Source of the DNA: Amphiscolops sp. MND2022 | Lineage: Eukaryota | Length of the DNA stretch: 64,000 bases | Direction of reading: 5' to 3' | Assembly (NCBI GenBank): GCA_964187785.1 | Contig: OZ076414.1 | Coordinates: 36,828,001 to 36,892,000 of the forward strand | In this document: one piece after another, positions 11,802 through 24,535 of the stretch | How the letters are laid out: the number at the start of each line of letters is the position of its first letter | How positions within the stretch are numbered: position 1 is the stretch's first letter | The notes under the pieces: generated by a model | Told to the model about the DNA's origin: nothing | The model's input: only the letters and a program-made list of their open reading frames with translations | The model's database searches: none | Position numbers and translations under genes: made by a program

Positions 11802-14800
11802 AGTTCACGTCCAAACACTCCCCCTATTGTTGATCCTGGAGCACAGAGCGGGCAGGAGACTCAGTATTTGTTCTCTGCGGGAGATGTGCGCCACGATGAG
11901 GGTGAAGACATCTGTCTGTCAGCAACCGGTAGGTTCATCATTCCATGATCCATTAAGCTTTTGTGTAATATACATATAGCAGTTAGACCTTTCCTGCCTT
12001 TGTATTTCCACACCTTAGATTTTCATGACGCGTCGATGATGGAATGTGAATTTTGTTTTAGTGCTTGGTGCGACAACTAATGCTCCTTCCATGCTTGTTG
12101 CTTCGTCTAACAGGAATACCGACGAACAGGTTACTGTTGCCGCTCCTTCTGTTCCCGACAATCCTTCGCCTGACGTTGTTCGTGGTGAGGCTGTTTGTTC
12201 GGCTTCTGGAAGTCAGGGGAATCTCCAATTTCTTGAAGCAATCGAGCCTACTTCAGGGGCTCAGCCACCTGCAGACGTAGCTACTCCCTCAATGGCAACC
12301 CAGCAGCATTCCCATGCTACTGAAGGAGGTAAAAATCTTCCAACCGCTCATCGTGAAGGCGATGAGGTTTGCCACCTCCTGAAAAAGAAGGGACGCCGCA
12401 AAACAGCAGAAACAGGTAGTGACAGTGATGTTTCCGAGGATGTTGCTTTGGCGGAAATGGCTCAAGGTGTTTCTGCTCTCAGCGGTCTGATCACGTCCGG
12501 GGCTGAAGATCAAAGTGTAGAACCTCTTGTGACTAGTAAGTGATTTTTTTCTTCTTTTTTTGTTTGTGGGTAATTTGAGTTAGTGTATTTCTGGGTTCTG
12601 TTTTGTTTGTAGGGTTGCAGGATCTTGTGTCTCGTATGGAGGCGAGCTTAGATAAAGCAGTCGTCATCATGTGCGGAAAGACATGGTTGGAGATCATCCT
12701 GTTATCAGTGTTTTTGTCAGTGGGTCCAGTACCGGAGTGGCTACCCGTTTTCATTGCATGATCTGTCGGCGTGATGTATCGATGCAGTCACATGGGGACA
12801 AAGAATTCACTCGTCATTACTCCTCGGACAGACATTGGGAGCGAGATGTTGCTTATCGTGTTCAGAACGATACGCCCACGTATGATCATCAGATGGAGCC
12901 TATGAACCTGTCGACCGGACAGCGCGATGAGTATATGAATCGTGAAAAAATTGCCAAGGATGAGGGATTTAGTTTCCCTGAAGACCTTTTACCTAGTTGT
13001 ACTCGCGTGGGATCTACTGTTCCTATGCTGACAATGGTGATTTGTATCGCTGAACTGTGTCGTTTTGGCTGTAGCTATGTGCTGTTGCGGAAAAAGTGGG
13101 GCAATTTCAGGGCAACCCTTGGACGCGAACCTCCCTTATATAATCTTCATTGGAATCGCTCCGAGACTTTATGGAGTATTTTTGGCATTGTTAGGAGTTA
13201 TGCGTAGAGGAGGGTGGGTAGGTGTTAATTGTATTTGACTGGTTGTTTTTTTTCTTTTTCTTCATTTTTCCTTATCATGTGATCTGTTTTGTTTCAGTCG
13301 TTAATTTGTCGTGCTCTTTTTCCTCGAGTCCTTCGATCTATGGTGTCACGAGTTGCAAAGTTCGGTCATTACAGTATGACGTTTGAAGAGCGGTCCGACG
13401 GGCAATATTGCTTTGTTCACACGTGGGAAGGCAATTCCTTGCTGAGTTTGTGTGTAAATGTGGAGAAGCTTGGTCAGCGTGTGCCACATGCCGAGTTGTC
13501 ATCGCTGTCTCGGGTGGTGACGAGTTTGCCTTCTGGGTTTATGCCCCTTAGTATCCGTGGTATGAGTCCGTCTTTTTTGCGTGTTGTTAGCGATGAGCGT
13601 TCAGATGGTCGTCGTTCCATCCTTGCTCGGGAATTCTCATCCAAAGTTTTCTTGCATTGTTATCGTGTGGCACATCAGGCGATCTTTGGAATGCTGGAAG
13701 TGACCACGATGATTGATTTCCTTATGCTGAGATTGCGTGGAGCTTTGCAGGAGCCCTGGATGGAGAATGTCGCTGAGTTGCGCCGAAGTGTGGTCGCTGG
13801 GCGGGTGACTTTTGACGAGCTTCGTGGAGTTGTGACTGATCTCGTGTCCGTGTGGGATACTGTTCGCGAGTACGTTCGATATACTGGTCCACGACATATC
13901 AAAAGTTCGTTCTTCTTTAATTTATTTTGCCCCTGTTTTTGTTTGTTTGTTTTTTTTGTTGGCTTGTGCTTCGTTTGATTTTCCTTGTGCGTTTTAGATG
14001 CGGGGTACAGACTGTTTGGTTAGTAGCGAGACGACGAATAAGCTTCGTTTGAAGTTGTTGCTTCATGTTCTGGATCTGTGTAAGTCCATTGCGTTGTGTG
14101 GTCGTATTCTACGTTGATTTTTGTTATTTGTTTCGTTGTTCTTACTTGATATGCTGACTGAAAACTGTGACTGCTTTGTTTGTATTTTCCATTGGTTCTG
14201 CTTTCTGTCATTGGGTTACTTGTTTAGATCATTGCACTTTCAAGAAGCAGAGGACAGGGCGGAGCGACTATAGTTTTCATACCTATAGTGAAGTCTGTCA
14301 ATTTGTCAACTGTCTCCTGACTCGCAGTCGGAAACTGTCGGGACTTCCAGAACTGAACGATTGGGGGGGCGTACATGGACACTTCTAAAGTGGCGCGATT
14401 GGAGAAGATTACCACAGCTGATTTCCTCTTGAACGATGACTTTGGAGTAGAGTTGAGTCAGTCTTCAAACAGTAAAGTTTGTGATTTTCGTAATCGCTGT
14501 CGCGAGTTTGCGGACCATCTTGTGAACGTCCTACTTGCCCAGCATGCAGTGTCTGCCAATTTTTCCTGTGGTATCTACTGTTTCTGTCCTGAGCTGTTGT
14601 TAGAGGGGGATGATCAGCGTGTCTTTCAGTTGTTCTCACGTGTAGTCCGTGTCTTGGAAAAAGTGGTAGTTTGACACCCAGTGTTGCCCGATCCAGCGTG
14701 GAGGAATTTACAACGTTCGTTGTGGATATCCGAAGGCGGCATGTCGAGTCAGGTTTGAGCGCCGAGAATATCAGCGATTTGGTGACGTACCTCTTAGGTG

Positions 14801-15555
14801 ATTATAGTTTCATGTCACGCAGACATTTAACACAAATTTTTAGGCTGTTTTGCCTCGCTGCTAAGGATTCGTGTGTTGATTTACCTGAGATCATCATTGC
14901 TCTGGATGGGTGTGCAGTGCCGGCTTCTGTTGTGACGTCTTGCGTGAAAGGTGTTCAGAGTCTGGTGTCATCTGCCTCGTACAAGCAGGGGGCATTTTCC
15001 ACTGAGGGCACTATGGAGAGTGTGCGGGAGTCTATTGCTCGCAGTCGTGAGTTTATAGTTTCATCAGCTTTTGACCCATGGAAAGGTATCACCCAAATTG
15101 GTCGTTTGGAGCTCGTCGCACGTCATGTTAGTGCTTTTGATGTTTATTTGGCTCGCAAGAAGAAAGAAGCTGAAGAAGGATTATATGGCGCTAATCGGTC
15201 GTCTCAGAGAAAAAAGCTGTCCTCCTCTAGTAGTTCGCCTGGAGCTACGTACGGATCTTTCCCTGGGGCGTCGCCGTTGCCCAAATCTGTCTTTGGGTTT
15301 AGTTCGCCGGCAGTTGTGTCAAAAGACTGTGCTAGTTCTGGTTGATCTAAGGGTGGGAAGGAATCACCTAGAGTGTCCTTGTCTGCCTTGTTGAAACGTG
15401 GGAAGACTGATAAGAAGCTGGACAAGAGTAGTGCTAAGCCTTTACGGTGGAGTGGGAGAGGATCTAGCAAAGAGAGTGGCAAAAAGAGTGACGATTCATC
15501 GTGCGCCAGCGGGAAGAGCTCTGCAAAGAATCGTGCTTCTGGGTCGAAGCTGTGA
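11802..15555 (+). pseudogene. Antisense, intron-containing cargo gene of element 1: BED-like zinc finger plus hAT-transposase-like body and Ser/Lys-rich tail
   Basis: Exons in ORFs 12046-12543, 12671-13207 (FHCMICRRDVS...RHYSSDRHW), 13289-13978 (HYSMTFEERSDG; FLHCYRVAH), 14375-14674, 14671-15345 (RRHLTQIFRLFCLA), 15373-15555; short T-rich GT-AG introns (acceptors ~12612, ~13298, ~13998). hAT affinity is inferred from motif order. Confidence 0.6.
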
Positions 15556-16043
15556 TTTGAACTGTTTCTATAGGCGTTGATACGTTCCGTTATTCATTGT
15601 TGTTATTGTATTTGTATGGTATTTTGGATCCGTTATTACGCTTTGTTGAAGTGAAAAGATAAAAGATGGAAAAAGGTACTTACAGACAATGGTTGTTGGG
15701 GTTATAGTATGCCTCTAATTAAAGTCGTCAGACCGGTTCGGTTTGGACTCTGTATAATAGTTTTCTTTCATTCAGTTTGTCGTAGTCATAGCGTCAAGTC
15801 GTCGAAAGTCAGGATTGGCAAAAGCTTAGGGTTAGGCCGCAAGTTATATTTGGCTATTTTTCGCGGGTTATACCCAACAATTGTAGGCGGCGACCTCGGG
15901 GGAATAAGGGGGGCTTTCAATGGGTGGGGGGCGTCGTACGTATGGATTATCCCCCACGTCTGTAGTAAGCTTTGAAAAGTCTGGTGACAATAGCGCGACG
16001 TCATTTGTGTCTTCAATTTGATTTCGTGGTGTTGGTGACGTCG

Positions 16044-17709
16044 TCATTCCGTCATTTGTGTTTGTGACTTCTTGTATTTCCACTTATTGGTTAGGTTCCG
16101 TACTTTTTGTTGTCTCATGTTCGTCGATTTGCTTTCCGAAATCCATTTCCCAAGATACTGCGTACCATTCATTGTGTGACATTTTAACGTCTGGATCTGG
16201 TAAATATTCGTTAGATCGTACTGTGACGTCAGGTATCCGTTGGTCTGGCACGTAGGGCATATTCGAATTCTATGTAGCGTCTGTGTGTATCTCGTGCCAA
16301 GTTTTCGTATTGTGTAGTTGTTATTTGATAGTATTTTCATCACGATAAACGGTCCTGTCAAGATGCAATCTTGGAACGCAAACTTTGTCAATTGGTTGTT
16401 AGCTTTCGGGTTGAGGACATAGCAGTAGTCGTTTACTTTTAGCGGAGCTGCCGACGCTTTGCGGTCGTAATATTTTTTGTATTTGAGGTAAGACAGCATG
16501 ATATTGTTCTTTGCTGTCGCTCGCACTTTGTCAATTTGTTTTTGTAGCTGCTCTGCTATATCTGAGTTAGGTGTAGTTTTCCACTTTGTCTTGATGCGTA
16601 ACTTTAGGTCACGAACGTTGTAGGGTATGCGTCCATGGAATACCGTGGATGGTTCGCATCCTAGGGTTTCGTGATACGTTGTATTATAGTTCATGACTGC
16701 GATCTGAACATATTTGTGCCACATTGAACGTCTTTCTCCCGTCGATATTTTTAATGCAGTTTTGAATGAAGCGTGTGTCCTTTCCAGAATCTCAATCGTT
16801 TGTGCATGTTTTGTTGACGCATGGTTAATTTGGACTCGAGTATTTGTGTTATCTCTGTGACGACTTCTGACCTAAATTGTGACCCTTTGTCTGATGAGTT
16901 GGTAGGTATGCATGTCTTGTCATGACGTCGACAATGCATCGTCCAATTGTTTTCGCTGTGACGATCTGTGTTGGATATGCAAATAAATAACGTGAGAATA
17001 CATCGATCATTGTAACAATGTTCTGGTATCCCGCAGAATTTGGTAGATTTGGCAGTATGTCGATTTCGAGTATGTCTTCCGGTCCCAATACGTGTTCTGT
17101 ATTGTTAATCATTTTCGGTCGAATTTGATTATTGTTGATTCTTCTGTACTTGATGCAGTCTTCGCATTGCATTACCCATTGTTTGATTTTTTTTGCTTAC
17201 CCAGGGCAGTAGTTTTTCGATCTGCATTCTTGGATCATTTTGGTGATTCCCGGGTGCTTTTCCATTTGCCCATGAATGGCTTCCAGAAGTTCTGTGATCA
17301 GGTGTTCGGGGATTAATATTTGGTGATGTGTGACTTGTCCACATTCCCCGTAGTATTTGCGCATTAGGATTCCGTCTTTGACTATTAGCCTAATTTCGTG
17401 GACTAAGAGGCGTTTAGCTTTCGGGTCTGTTTGTCGGAGATGTTTATCAAATTCTTCACAGATCAATTTCCTCTTGATTGCCTTGAAGACCAAATCTGAG
17501 TCTTGTTCAACTCTGATGCGTGCGCTTTCTTTGATAGCCCCAAAGGTATATGATGCCTTGTTTATTGGGATTGGGGTTCTTTCTTTGATTGATAATTTTT
17601 TTCGTCGTCTATTCGTCGCGTGCATTCTGCCTTGCTTGTTCTTTCTGCAGCAAGATCTCTTCTTCGGTCTCAATCGTTTCTTCTGGGAGGAAAAAGAGTT
17701 GTTCTTCAT
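16044..17709 (-). pseudogene. pol: Integrase of element 1 (frameshifted)
   Basis: HHCC region (IHGQMEKHPGITK...CEDC), LEIDILPNL, MIDVFSRYLFAYP, SDKGSQF, YNTTYHETLG, GPF C-terminal region. Confidence 0.9.
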
Positions 17710-18225
17710 CTGCGACGTCTGTCGATTGTAGGTTTACTTGTATTGGTTGGGTTGTAATGTCGTTTCGGATTTTTAGTTCGACTCTTTCTTTAGGGTTGAG
17801 GTCAATTCTCGATAGGGAATCAGCTGCGGTGTTTTGCGTCCCGCTACTGACATGATGTGAAAATTGAATTTCAGTACGTAGTGACATGCATTCCAAAGTG
17901 TAGGGGGAATCTTTTTTGTTCAAAAAAACCTCGTTACTGATCTGTTGTCAGTCATTACAAGAGTTGGTAGGGTTGTTTCCCACAGTATATGGCTGTATTC
18001 TAAGAATGCGTGATAGATTGCCAGAAATTCTTTGCAATAGATTGACATCTTCAGTTGTGCTGGTGAGAATACTTTTGATCCAAATGCCACAGGAGCAAAA
18101 GTTTTTTTGGAATGGAGGTTTTTGTCATTCTCTTCTTCGATCATTAGCGCATATCCTGAGGCGCGAAAACAAGCGTCCGTCATTAGGACGTACTGTCGTC
18201 CTGTGATTGGTTGTTTGAGAGCCAA
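17609..18225 (-). pseudogene. pol: RNase H of element 1
   Basis: VLMTDACFRASGY, YCKEFLAIY, VMTDNRSV, AADSLSR. Confidence 0.9.
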
Positions 18226-18427
18226 TCCACATGCCTCCGCTAGCGCTGCGTTGATCGCTTTTAGTTATCTAGCAATTCCTCTGTGACTTTGATTCGTTTG
18301 TCAGCTTTCAGTAGTTCGTAGAACCCGAGTCGTTTTTCTGACAACCGCGGGATATAATTGCGGTAGTAGTTGACAAAGCCTATGTATCTTTGTACTCGGT
18401 TCTTTGATTTCGGGAATCGTACGTTTG

Positions 18428-19345
18428 CTAAGAATTTCTGGATTTTGTGGTCTTGGGGGCGATTCCTAGTGGGGTGATCGTTCTTCCAAGGAATTCGCCC
18501 TTAGTCACCCCAAAATGGCATTTGTCAATGGATAGTTTAAGTCCTGCTTGTCTGATGCATTCAAAGACAGCTCGAATGTTTCGTATCAGTTGCGTCACGG
18601 AGTTGGGAGCTATTCCAATATCGTCCACATATTGCGCACACTGGTCAGCTTTGATTACTTTATCCAAGTATTCTCTCATGAAGCTTGAGAACGCTGACAG
18701 AGCTCTGCTCAGTCCTTGTGCCAGTCGTTTGTATGCAAAGGTTCTGCTTGCAAAATTGAACGCTAGCATTTCGATGGATCTTTGATCCGCCATTTGTAGG
18801 CAGTGATATGCCTGAGAGCAATCTAATTTACAGAACAACTTTTTCCCAGCTAGGCGTTGGGCTGCGTCTGACAGGGTGCTGACTGGATGGTTGTTGTTGA
18901 TGTAGTCGTCAGATATCAGTGCGTTAATTTTTCGCAGGTCAACGAGTAGACGTAGTTTACCAATTGGTTTACGTTGTGAGAAACGCGGGCTGGCATATTT
19001 TGAAAATGGTAATGTCGTGATTGTGCCATATCTATGCATGAGCGCTAGCTCGACTGTTAGGTCTTCTTTCAAGTTGATCGGTACTGGTAGGCTCTGTGTG
19101 TATATGGGGCGCTCGTCTTTTGGCGTAAGTTCCACTTTGAAACTATTGTTGATGCCAATGTCGAGTCGGTGACGCGCAAAAATGTCGTTGTATTCAACTA
19201 TCGTTTGCTCAAGTTGTTTTCTGTCGTTTCCCTCAATCTGCGACCCTTCCCATTTGAACATTTTGAGGAACTCCTTTCTTGATTCTTGGTCTTTGGTTGG
19301 TTCGAGTTGTTCTTTCTTTATGAGTTCTCTGATTTCCTTTAACAT
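18428..19345 (-). pseudogene. pol: Reverse transcriptase of element 1
   Basis: LRLLVDLRKIN, KLDCSQAYH, YKRLAQGL, QYVDDIG, FLGRTIT. Confidence 0.95.
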
Positions 19346-19420
19346 TCGTTGTTGTATTGGCGTGTGTTCGTTTTCGTTTCCCGGATTTTCGGATTATGGG
19401 AACCAGAGGTGTACGTCGTT

Positions 19421-20203
19421 TTATTCGTTGTTTGTGGATTTCATGAGCTCATTTACATACATTTGCGTGTCATTTGGGTCTTGTAGGGTGGTCAGAGTTG
19501 CGACGTCTATGGGTCGTATCTGCTTGGTGTCCTCTGGCTTAAGAATTTGCAATTCTGCCAATTTGGTATGGTTTTTTATGGTGTGAGGGAAATCTGTCAA
19601 GTTGGCTATTCGGAGGTTGATCCGTTTGTTATGGGTTGTAGCCAGAGCTGGTGCGTCGATGATGAAGGCTGTTTCATCAAACTGTGGTAACGGTTGTACT
19701 GCACCTGTGATGTCGGTTGCATTGGTGGTTATGACTATTGCATTTACTGTTGTTGTTTCTTGTGGTAGCAACGTCTGATTCCCTTCGGCCATGATTTGGA
19801 GCGATTTGTGGTTACAGTTTTTCTTTTCGTCCGTCATGGCTAATGTCATTTCGACGTATGGGAAGGTGATGGTCCCGTTGGCCGTATCTATCACTGCTTG
19901 GTTGTTTCTCATGAGGTTCAGTCTTATTATGGGGAATGACGTCTTTGATAGGTTGACAAAGTTGTCGGTGAACGTGTATGTTCCGATATTGAATTGAATG
20001 TTAGCAGTGGCGATAGGTTGTTCTAGTTGGGCGTTTGCGCATTCGATTTTGAAAGGAGGTTGTGGGTATTCCTTTGTAACGAAATTATCACTGTTCATTT
20101 TAATGGTGTTGTAGTCAGACCATGACATGGCATTGATGAACGCTCCTGAGTCAACGAGGCCGTCCATAGTTATTTCGCCGAATTCGAGTGGCAAATACAG
20201 CAT
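19421..20203 (-). pseudogene. pol: Aspartic protease and linker of element 1
   Basis: GLVDSGAFINAM catalytic motif upstream of RT. Confidence 0.85.
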
Positions 20204-20803
20204 TCGTTTTCTGTTCTTGAGGACTATTGTTGAGTGTAGAGGTTGGTAGGTAACTCCGTCTTTTTCAGTTATGTACTCTTTGATTGAGTTGAGCGAGGTG
20301 GGGAAGTCGTTATGGAAGATAGGTATCCTGGTGGAGCCGTGAGTATCTTTCTCAGTCGTTTGTGACGAAGGGTGGTCGTCGGGGGCGTTTTCGTTTTGAA
20401 CTATTTGTGTTGTAACAGAGAGTTCTTAGGTGGTGATGGTTGGCTGAGAGAGTAGGTTTGTGTGATTTTGATAGTCGCATGTGTAGTTTTGATCTAGTAG
20501 TAATGTTGCTTCCTGTTCTTTTTCGGGGGGTGGTCTTTTCATAGAGGCGATTGCTTGTTGTCTCAGCCAAGCTTCTGTTGGAGTACCAGTGCATTCCGCT
20601 GTTGTGTCAGTTGTGTGTGTGTGTGATAGGGGGGTCTTCTGGTGAATACGTCCTCGCGTCTACCGTTTCCCCGAATCGCAGGCGCGGCGTAATTAGTTTT
20701 TCTGTTCATCAGCAGGTTTAGTTGTCGCTTGTTGGACGGATGAGTCCATCTTTCGTTCTTGTGTGTTATGGGTCGTGGGTCGTGGGTCATTTGCAGAGTT
20801 GAC

Positions 20804-22136
20804 TCAATTCCAACAACCTTCCATTTTGTGGGGTTTTCCACAAGTGTCGCATTTGGGCGGTTTGCCTGCACTGTAATTGGTTTGTCCGTTATTTTTCCAA
20901 GTTTGCAGCCATTTATCGCGTTTCAATTTCCTGCATTCGGCCTTGTGGTGTCCGAATTTGTTACAATAGAAGCAGTATCCTTTTTTGGTGTTCTGCGTCG
21001 TGTTCTCGACTTGTTTTGTCTCTGATTTTGTTTGAGCCGGTTCTATTTTATTGAGTTGTACCATAGTTACTTCATCTGGCGCTCCAAGGCCGTTAAGTCT
21101 CATTTCTCGCTCCAAATGGAGTGCGATATCATTGTATGGTTTGTCCTCGAGATACGCCCTGTTGAGGATTTTCTTTACATGATCTGGCATTTTCGCGTAG
21201 ATTGCTTTGTCAATAAATTGTTGGGCTTCCAAACCGAAAGCTTCTTTGGCAGTTTTTTGAAGTACGTCCAGAAATTCATGTAGTTTTTGTGTTGCAGGAT
21301 CAAATTTGAGTCAGTCCCACTCGCATCTGGCTTTTGCCATTGACAGATAATCTCCAAATCGACGTTTAATTTCGTCATTATTTCGTCTAACAAGTCCTTC
21401 TTGGAGTCCACAATGTTGCAGAACGCCTGGAGGTCGTCTCCTCTTAGCAACGAGTGAAAGTAGTTGATTTTTTTTGGTGTTCCGTGAGGTGCGGGTACAT
21501 TTTTATGTTGTTACGGAACAAGTCTTCGAAGAGTTCAAATTTGTCAGATTTCCCATCGAAAGTTGGGAGTGATGCCGTTAGGGCCTTCGGCATAGGTAGT
21601 GTGGTGGAGTCAATCTTTTCTGCTCCGAATAGTGTTCTGGCCGCCGTTGGACGTTCTTTGGCCGCTGGTTGACTCTGGGACCTTATTTCCGTTCTTTTTG
21701 GGTGGTTTGTGGAGTCGGTTAGGACTCCTGACACCATGTTACGACTTACGTTCGTGTCGTTGTTTTGAGTAGAGTTTATCCTGACAATTTTAGTAGGAGT
21801 GTAAAATTTCCTCGTTTCAATTTCTACTTCCTCTTCTGTATTTTCTCTTTCGTTCTCCCTGGTTTCAGGTCTTAATAGCTTCAACATCTCTTTCTGGGAT
21901 TCTACGAGCAAACTCCTAATTTCAGAAGTAATTTCTTCCTTCAACGAAGCTCTAAGACTTTCCAAAAAGCTGTTCTCAATTCTAGGGGATTTTGGTCTCA
22001 AAGGACCCGCAACACTTACGTCCTGCTCAAGAGGACATGAATTCTTTAGTTTTATTGGGGATACGAAACCTTCACTAACACATTCGGTGCTCTCCTGTTG
22101 ATTGTTCCTTCTCTTTTGACTTCTTGTCGTTGACAT
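20804..22136 (-). pseudogene. gag: Gag of element 1, starting inside the 5' LTR (MSTTRSQ at 22136), two CCHC knuckles
   Basis: LPTFDGKSDKFELFEDLF; CFYCNKFGHHKAEC and CDTCGKPHKMEGC; frameshifts at ~21445 and ~21200. Confidence 0.85.
21724..21736 (-). other. Primer-binding site, tRNA-Leu type (TGGTGTCAGGAGT)
   Basis: Immediately follows LTR end ...GTAACA; complementary to the ACUCCUGACACCA 3' end typical of eukaryotic tRNA-Leu(CAG). Confidence 0.8.
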
Positions 22137-23684
22137 ATTGGTGAATAAAGTTTGTTTCTCGAAGAATTCAATTTTGTCTTTTCTGATTTTAGACAGAGTT
22201 GAAATTGAGATGAGGTTTAAGCAAAACAAGTTGAAACAACTGAATTATAGCGCTTGAAAAAGACTGAGTCCCTTAGCACTAGCAACCCATCATATTTATA
22301 CCATCCTAGCATCATTTGATCACGAATAAACCGCTAATTTTCCTCGAACAATTAGTCATTTCCTGTATTATTGATGAAAAATTCATTTTGTTTTCAAATT
22401 TGCGTCGACTTTTTGTCAAATTTTGAGACACGACGACTTTAATCTAGCATTAGTCAACAACCATGATCATATCATTTCATTCCGGCGTCCTTCCGTTTCC
22501 TCCCAGGCAGGAAGTAGATATTACTTCAGTCTGTCAAACTGGAAACATTTCCCTCTTTTACTGCTTTGGTTCGTAAGAAACTGACGCTGGGATGACGCTG
22601 ACGTAAACAACTATTACCTGACTTTGAATTTTCACTTGAAGAAAATGCCATGACTAATGTTTTCAACATTGGAATTCCTAACGATGCTAGGAAGGGATAG
22701 TGGCAAGATTATAGAATTAGCGAAAACATCCAAATTAATTCTAAACTGAGTGATTATTAATTAGCGGATTGAAAGCAGTGGGACATAGACGCTTGTTGAA
22801 CGGGAAAACTGGATTGTTCATTTCAGAACTCTGCTCACGGTTATTGGTACTTTGACTGAACGTACTAATAAGTGACATAATGGCGTTAATTTAATATTCA
22901 TACACTTTAACAATAGAATGTCACTAGATATTACTTCACACATATAGTAATATTCTTGAACGCAAAATGGCTGACGACATAACGTCGACACTTTATAAAT
23001 TAGTCAAAGAAACAAAACTTCAAAACTTTTTAATATCTAACTTCAGTATTACGAAACATATAGTAGCAGCGTTAATCAATCGCTCATGGCACAATGCATA
23101 TGAGAATAGCTTTTTGTCAACCTGAGTTAACGCAAAAACTTTGAATAGATAATTGCTTGATCCTGGAGTGGACGACGACAAGCCATCGTCTAAATGAGCA
23201 TTGATGAATTACAACTTGTACATTAGGTAGTATAAAATACAAAAACACAAACATGTAAAAATACGTTTCCAATACGAAAATACTTCCAATCTATTTTCAT
23301 TATGATTATAAACTGTGTCTTTCAGTTATATTACCTGCAAAATTCCATTTCAGAATGAAATCTTAATGTTGCGTCCTATTTAACGGATGGATGGCGCTGA
23401 AATCGAAATCTCTTATTATTTTCCTTGTTAAGTTAACATGCTATTCAAACGCATTCCTTGCACCAGTTCGTTAGGATAGTTTCCATTTTGTCATTTTGGA
23501 TAGACTAGGATAGCTTTTTTTAATGGATTTTGGATGTAACGTGGACGTAGGTGTTAGTATTGGACCTAGTCTACCAGTATAGAGGACGTAGCATGGACGT
23601 AAAATTGGAATGAAATCTAGCTAGCCGCCATAGCTGTGACGTCATATTGCCGTCTGATTTGGAATACTTTCTAACTAGCTAACT
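21737..23684 (-). repeat. 5' LTR of element 1 (homology to the 3' LTR ends at 23684)
   Basis: Colinear with 4701-6674; diverges after ctaactagctaacta. Confidence 0.8.
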
Positions 23685-24535
23685 ACATTACAGATGTAGT
23701 CATAGTAACCACGTCGTGTAGTGGTTAATTGAACGGCATTAGAGACCAATGAATGAGGTAAGAAACTTCGGTGAGGCAAGCGAGAGGAAGTAATTCTATT
23801 CATGCTGTCATAGTTCTGCGTCGGACAAGAGTAAACAATGATCTGATGTGGTGAGTGTGGCCACGTCATTCGGTCGTGCGCTTTGTAGTGAAGAGTACTG
23901 TTAGTCGGAAGTAGGATTGGCCGGAATTCAAATTAACTGGGCAGCGTAATCGATTGTTCGGCTAAATCGGACTAATGTAGAATGAAATGTAAATGAGTCG
24001 TGCATTAGCAAATAAAAACTTCGTCGATGCCAAATACGAGTTGAATGAAACAGTAATTCCAAAGTAGCTTTGAATTTTACATCGATTGGCAGTTGTTAGT
24101 TGTACTGCGGTATACCAGGTGGAAGTAAATCGCGTCGTGGAAAAACAAAACACAATTCAGTGATGACGATTAGTTGATCCAATCATCAAATAAGGGTTGG
24201 TAGATAGGTGGCCATCTGGATTGTTTTCTAAATTTGTTTAACCAATAAGGTGTTGAGCCGTAATAATCATTCAATCGTGCAATAAACGTAAGCGATCTGA
24301 TATTGATCGAACCATTGAGTTCTTTGGGTACGTGGGCAATTGAGGTAGAATTCGAGATATGCGATCGCACTCTTTTTGACGAAAAAATTTTTTGTTTCAC
24401 CTCTTAATTGACGTGGTTGATCAATCCACACCAATCATGTCGTGAAAACTCTGAAGGCTAGTAGATCGCATTTGTTTCTGTGGCAGATTGAGAGACAGAA
24501 CCGATTGTATTTCTTCGTATCATTATCGTTACGTC

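Larger units (their letters stand above)
5709..12851. repeat. Near-perfect tandem duplication, unit ~3572 bp (5709-9279 and 9280-12851)
   Basis: All ORFs recur at +3572; junction gagatgttg|attaattctaaac at 9279/9280; only a handful of differences seen. Confidence 0.97.
4701..23684 (-). mobile_element. Element 1: large Ty3/Gypsy LTR retrotransposon with cargo genes (degenerate)
   Basis: Direct repeats 4701-6674 and 21737-23684, PBS, gag-PR-RT-RH-IN order on the minus strand; no TSD found and the 5' LTR homology stops abruptly at 23684. Confidence 0.8.

Noticed and set aside
16058-21672. Numerous 60-135 aa plus-strand ORFs over element 1 pol/gag (likewise over 55000-60600 and antisense to the BEL pol)
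   Set aside because: Shadow ORFs on the strand opposite recognisable retroelement genes.
23685-23697. TGTAATG on the minus strand at 23692 as the true start of the element 1 5' LTR
   Set aside because: The 3' LTR copy lacks these bases and the flanks (ccagc versus gatgt) form no TSD.
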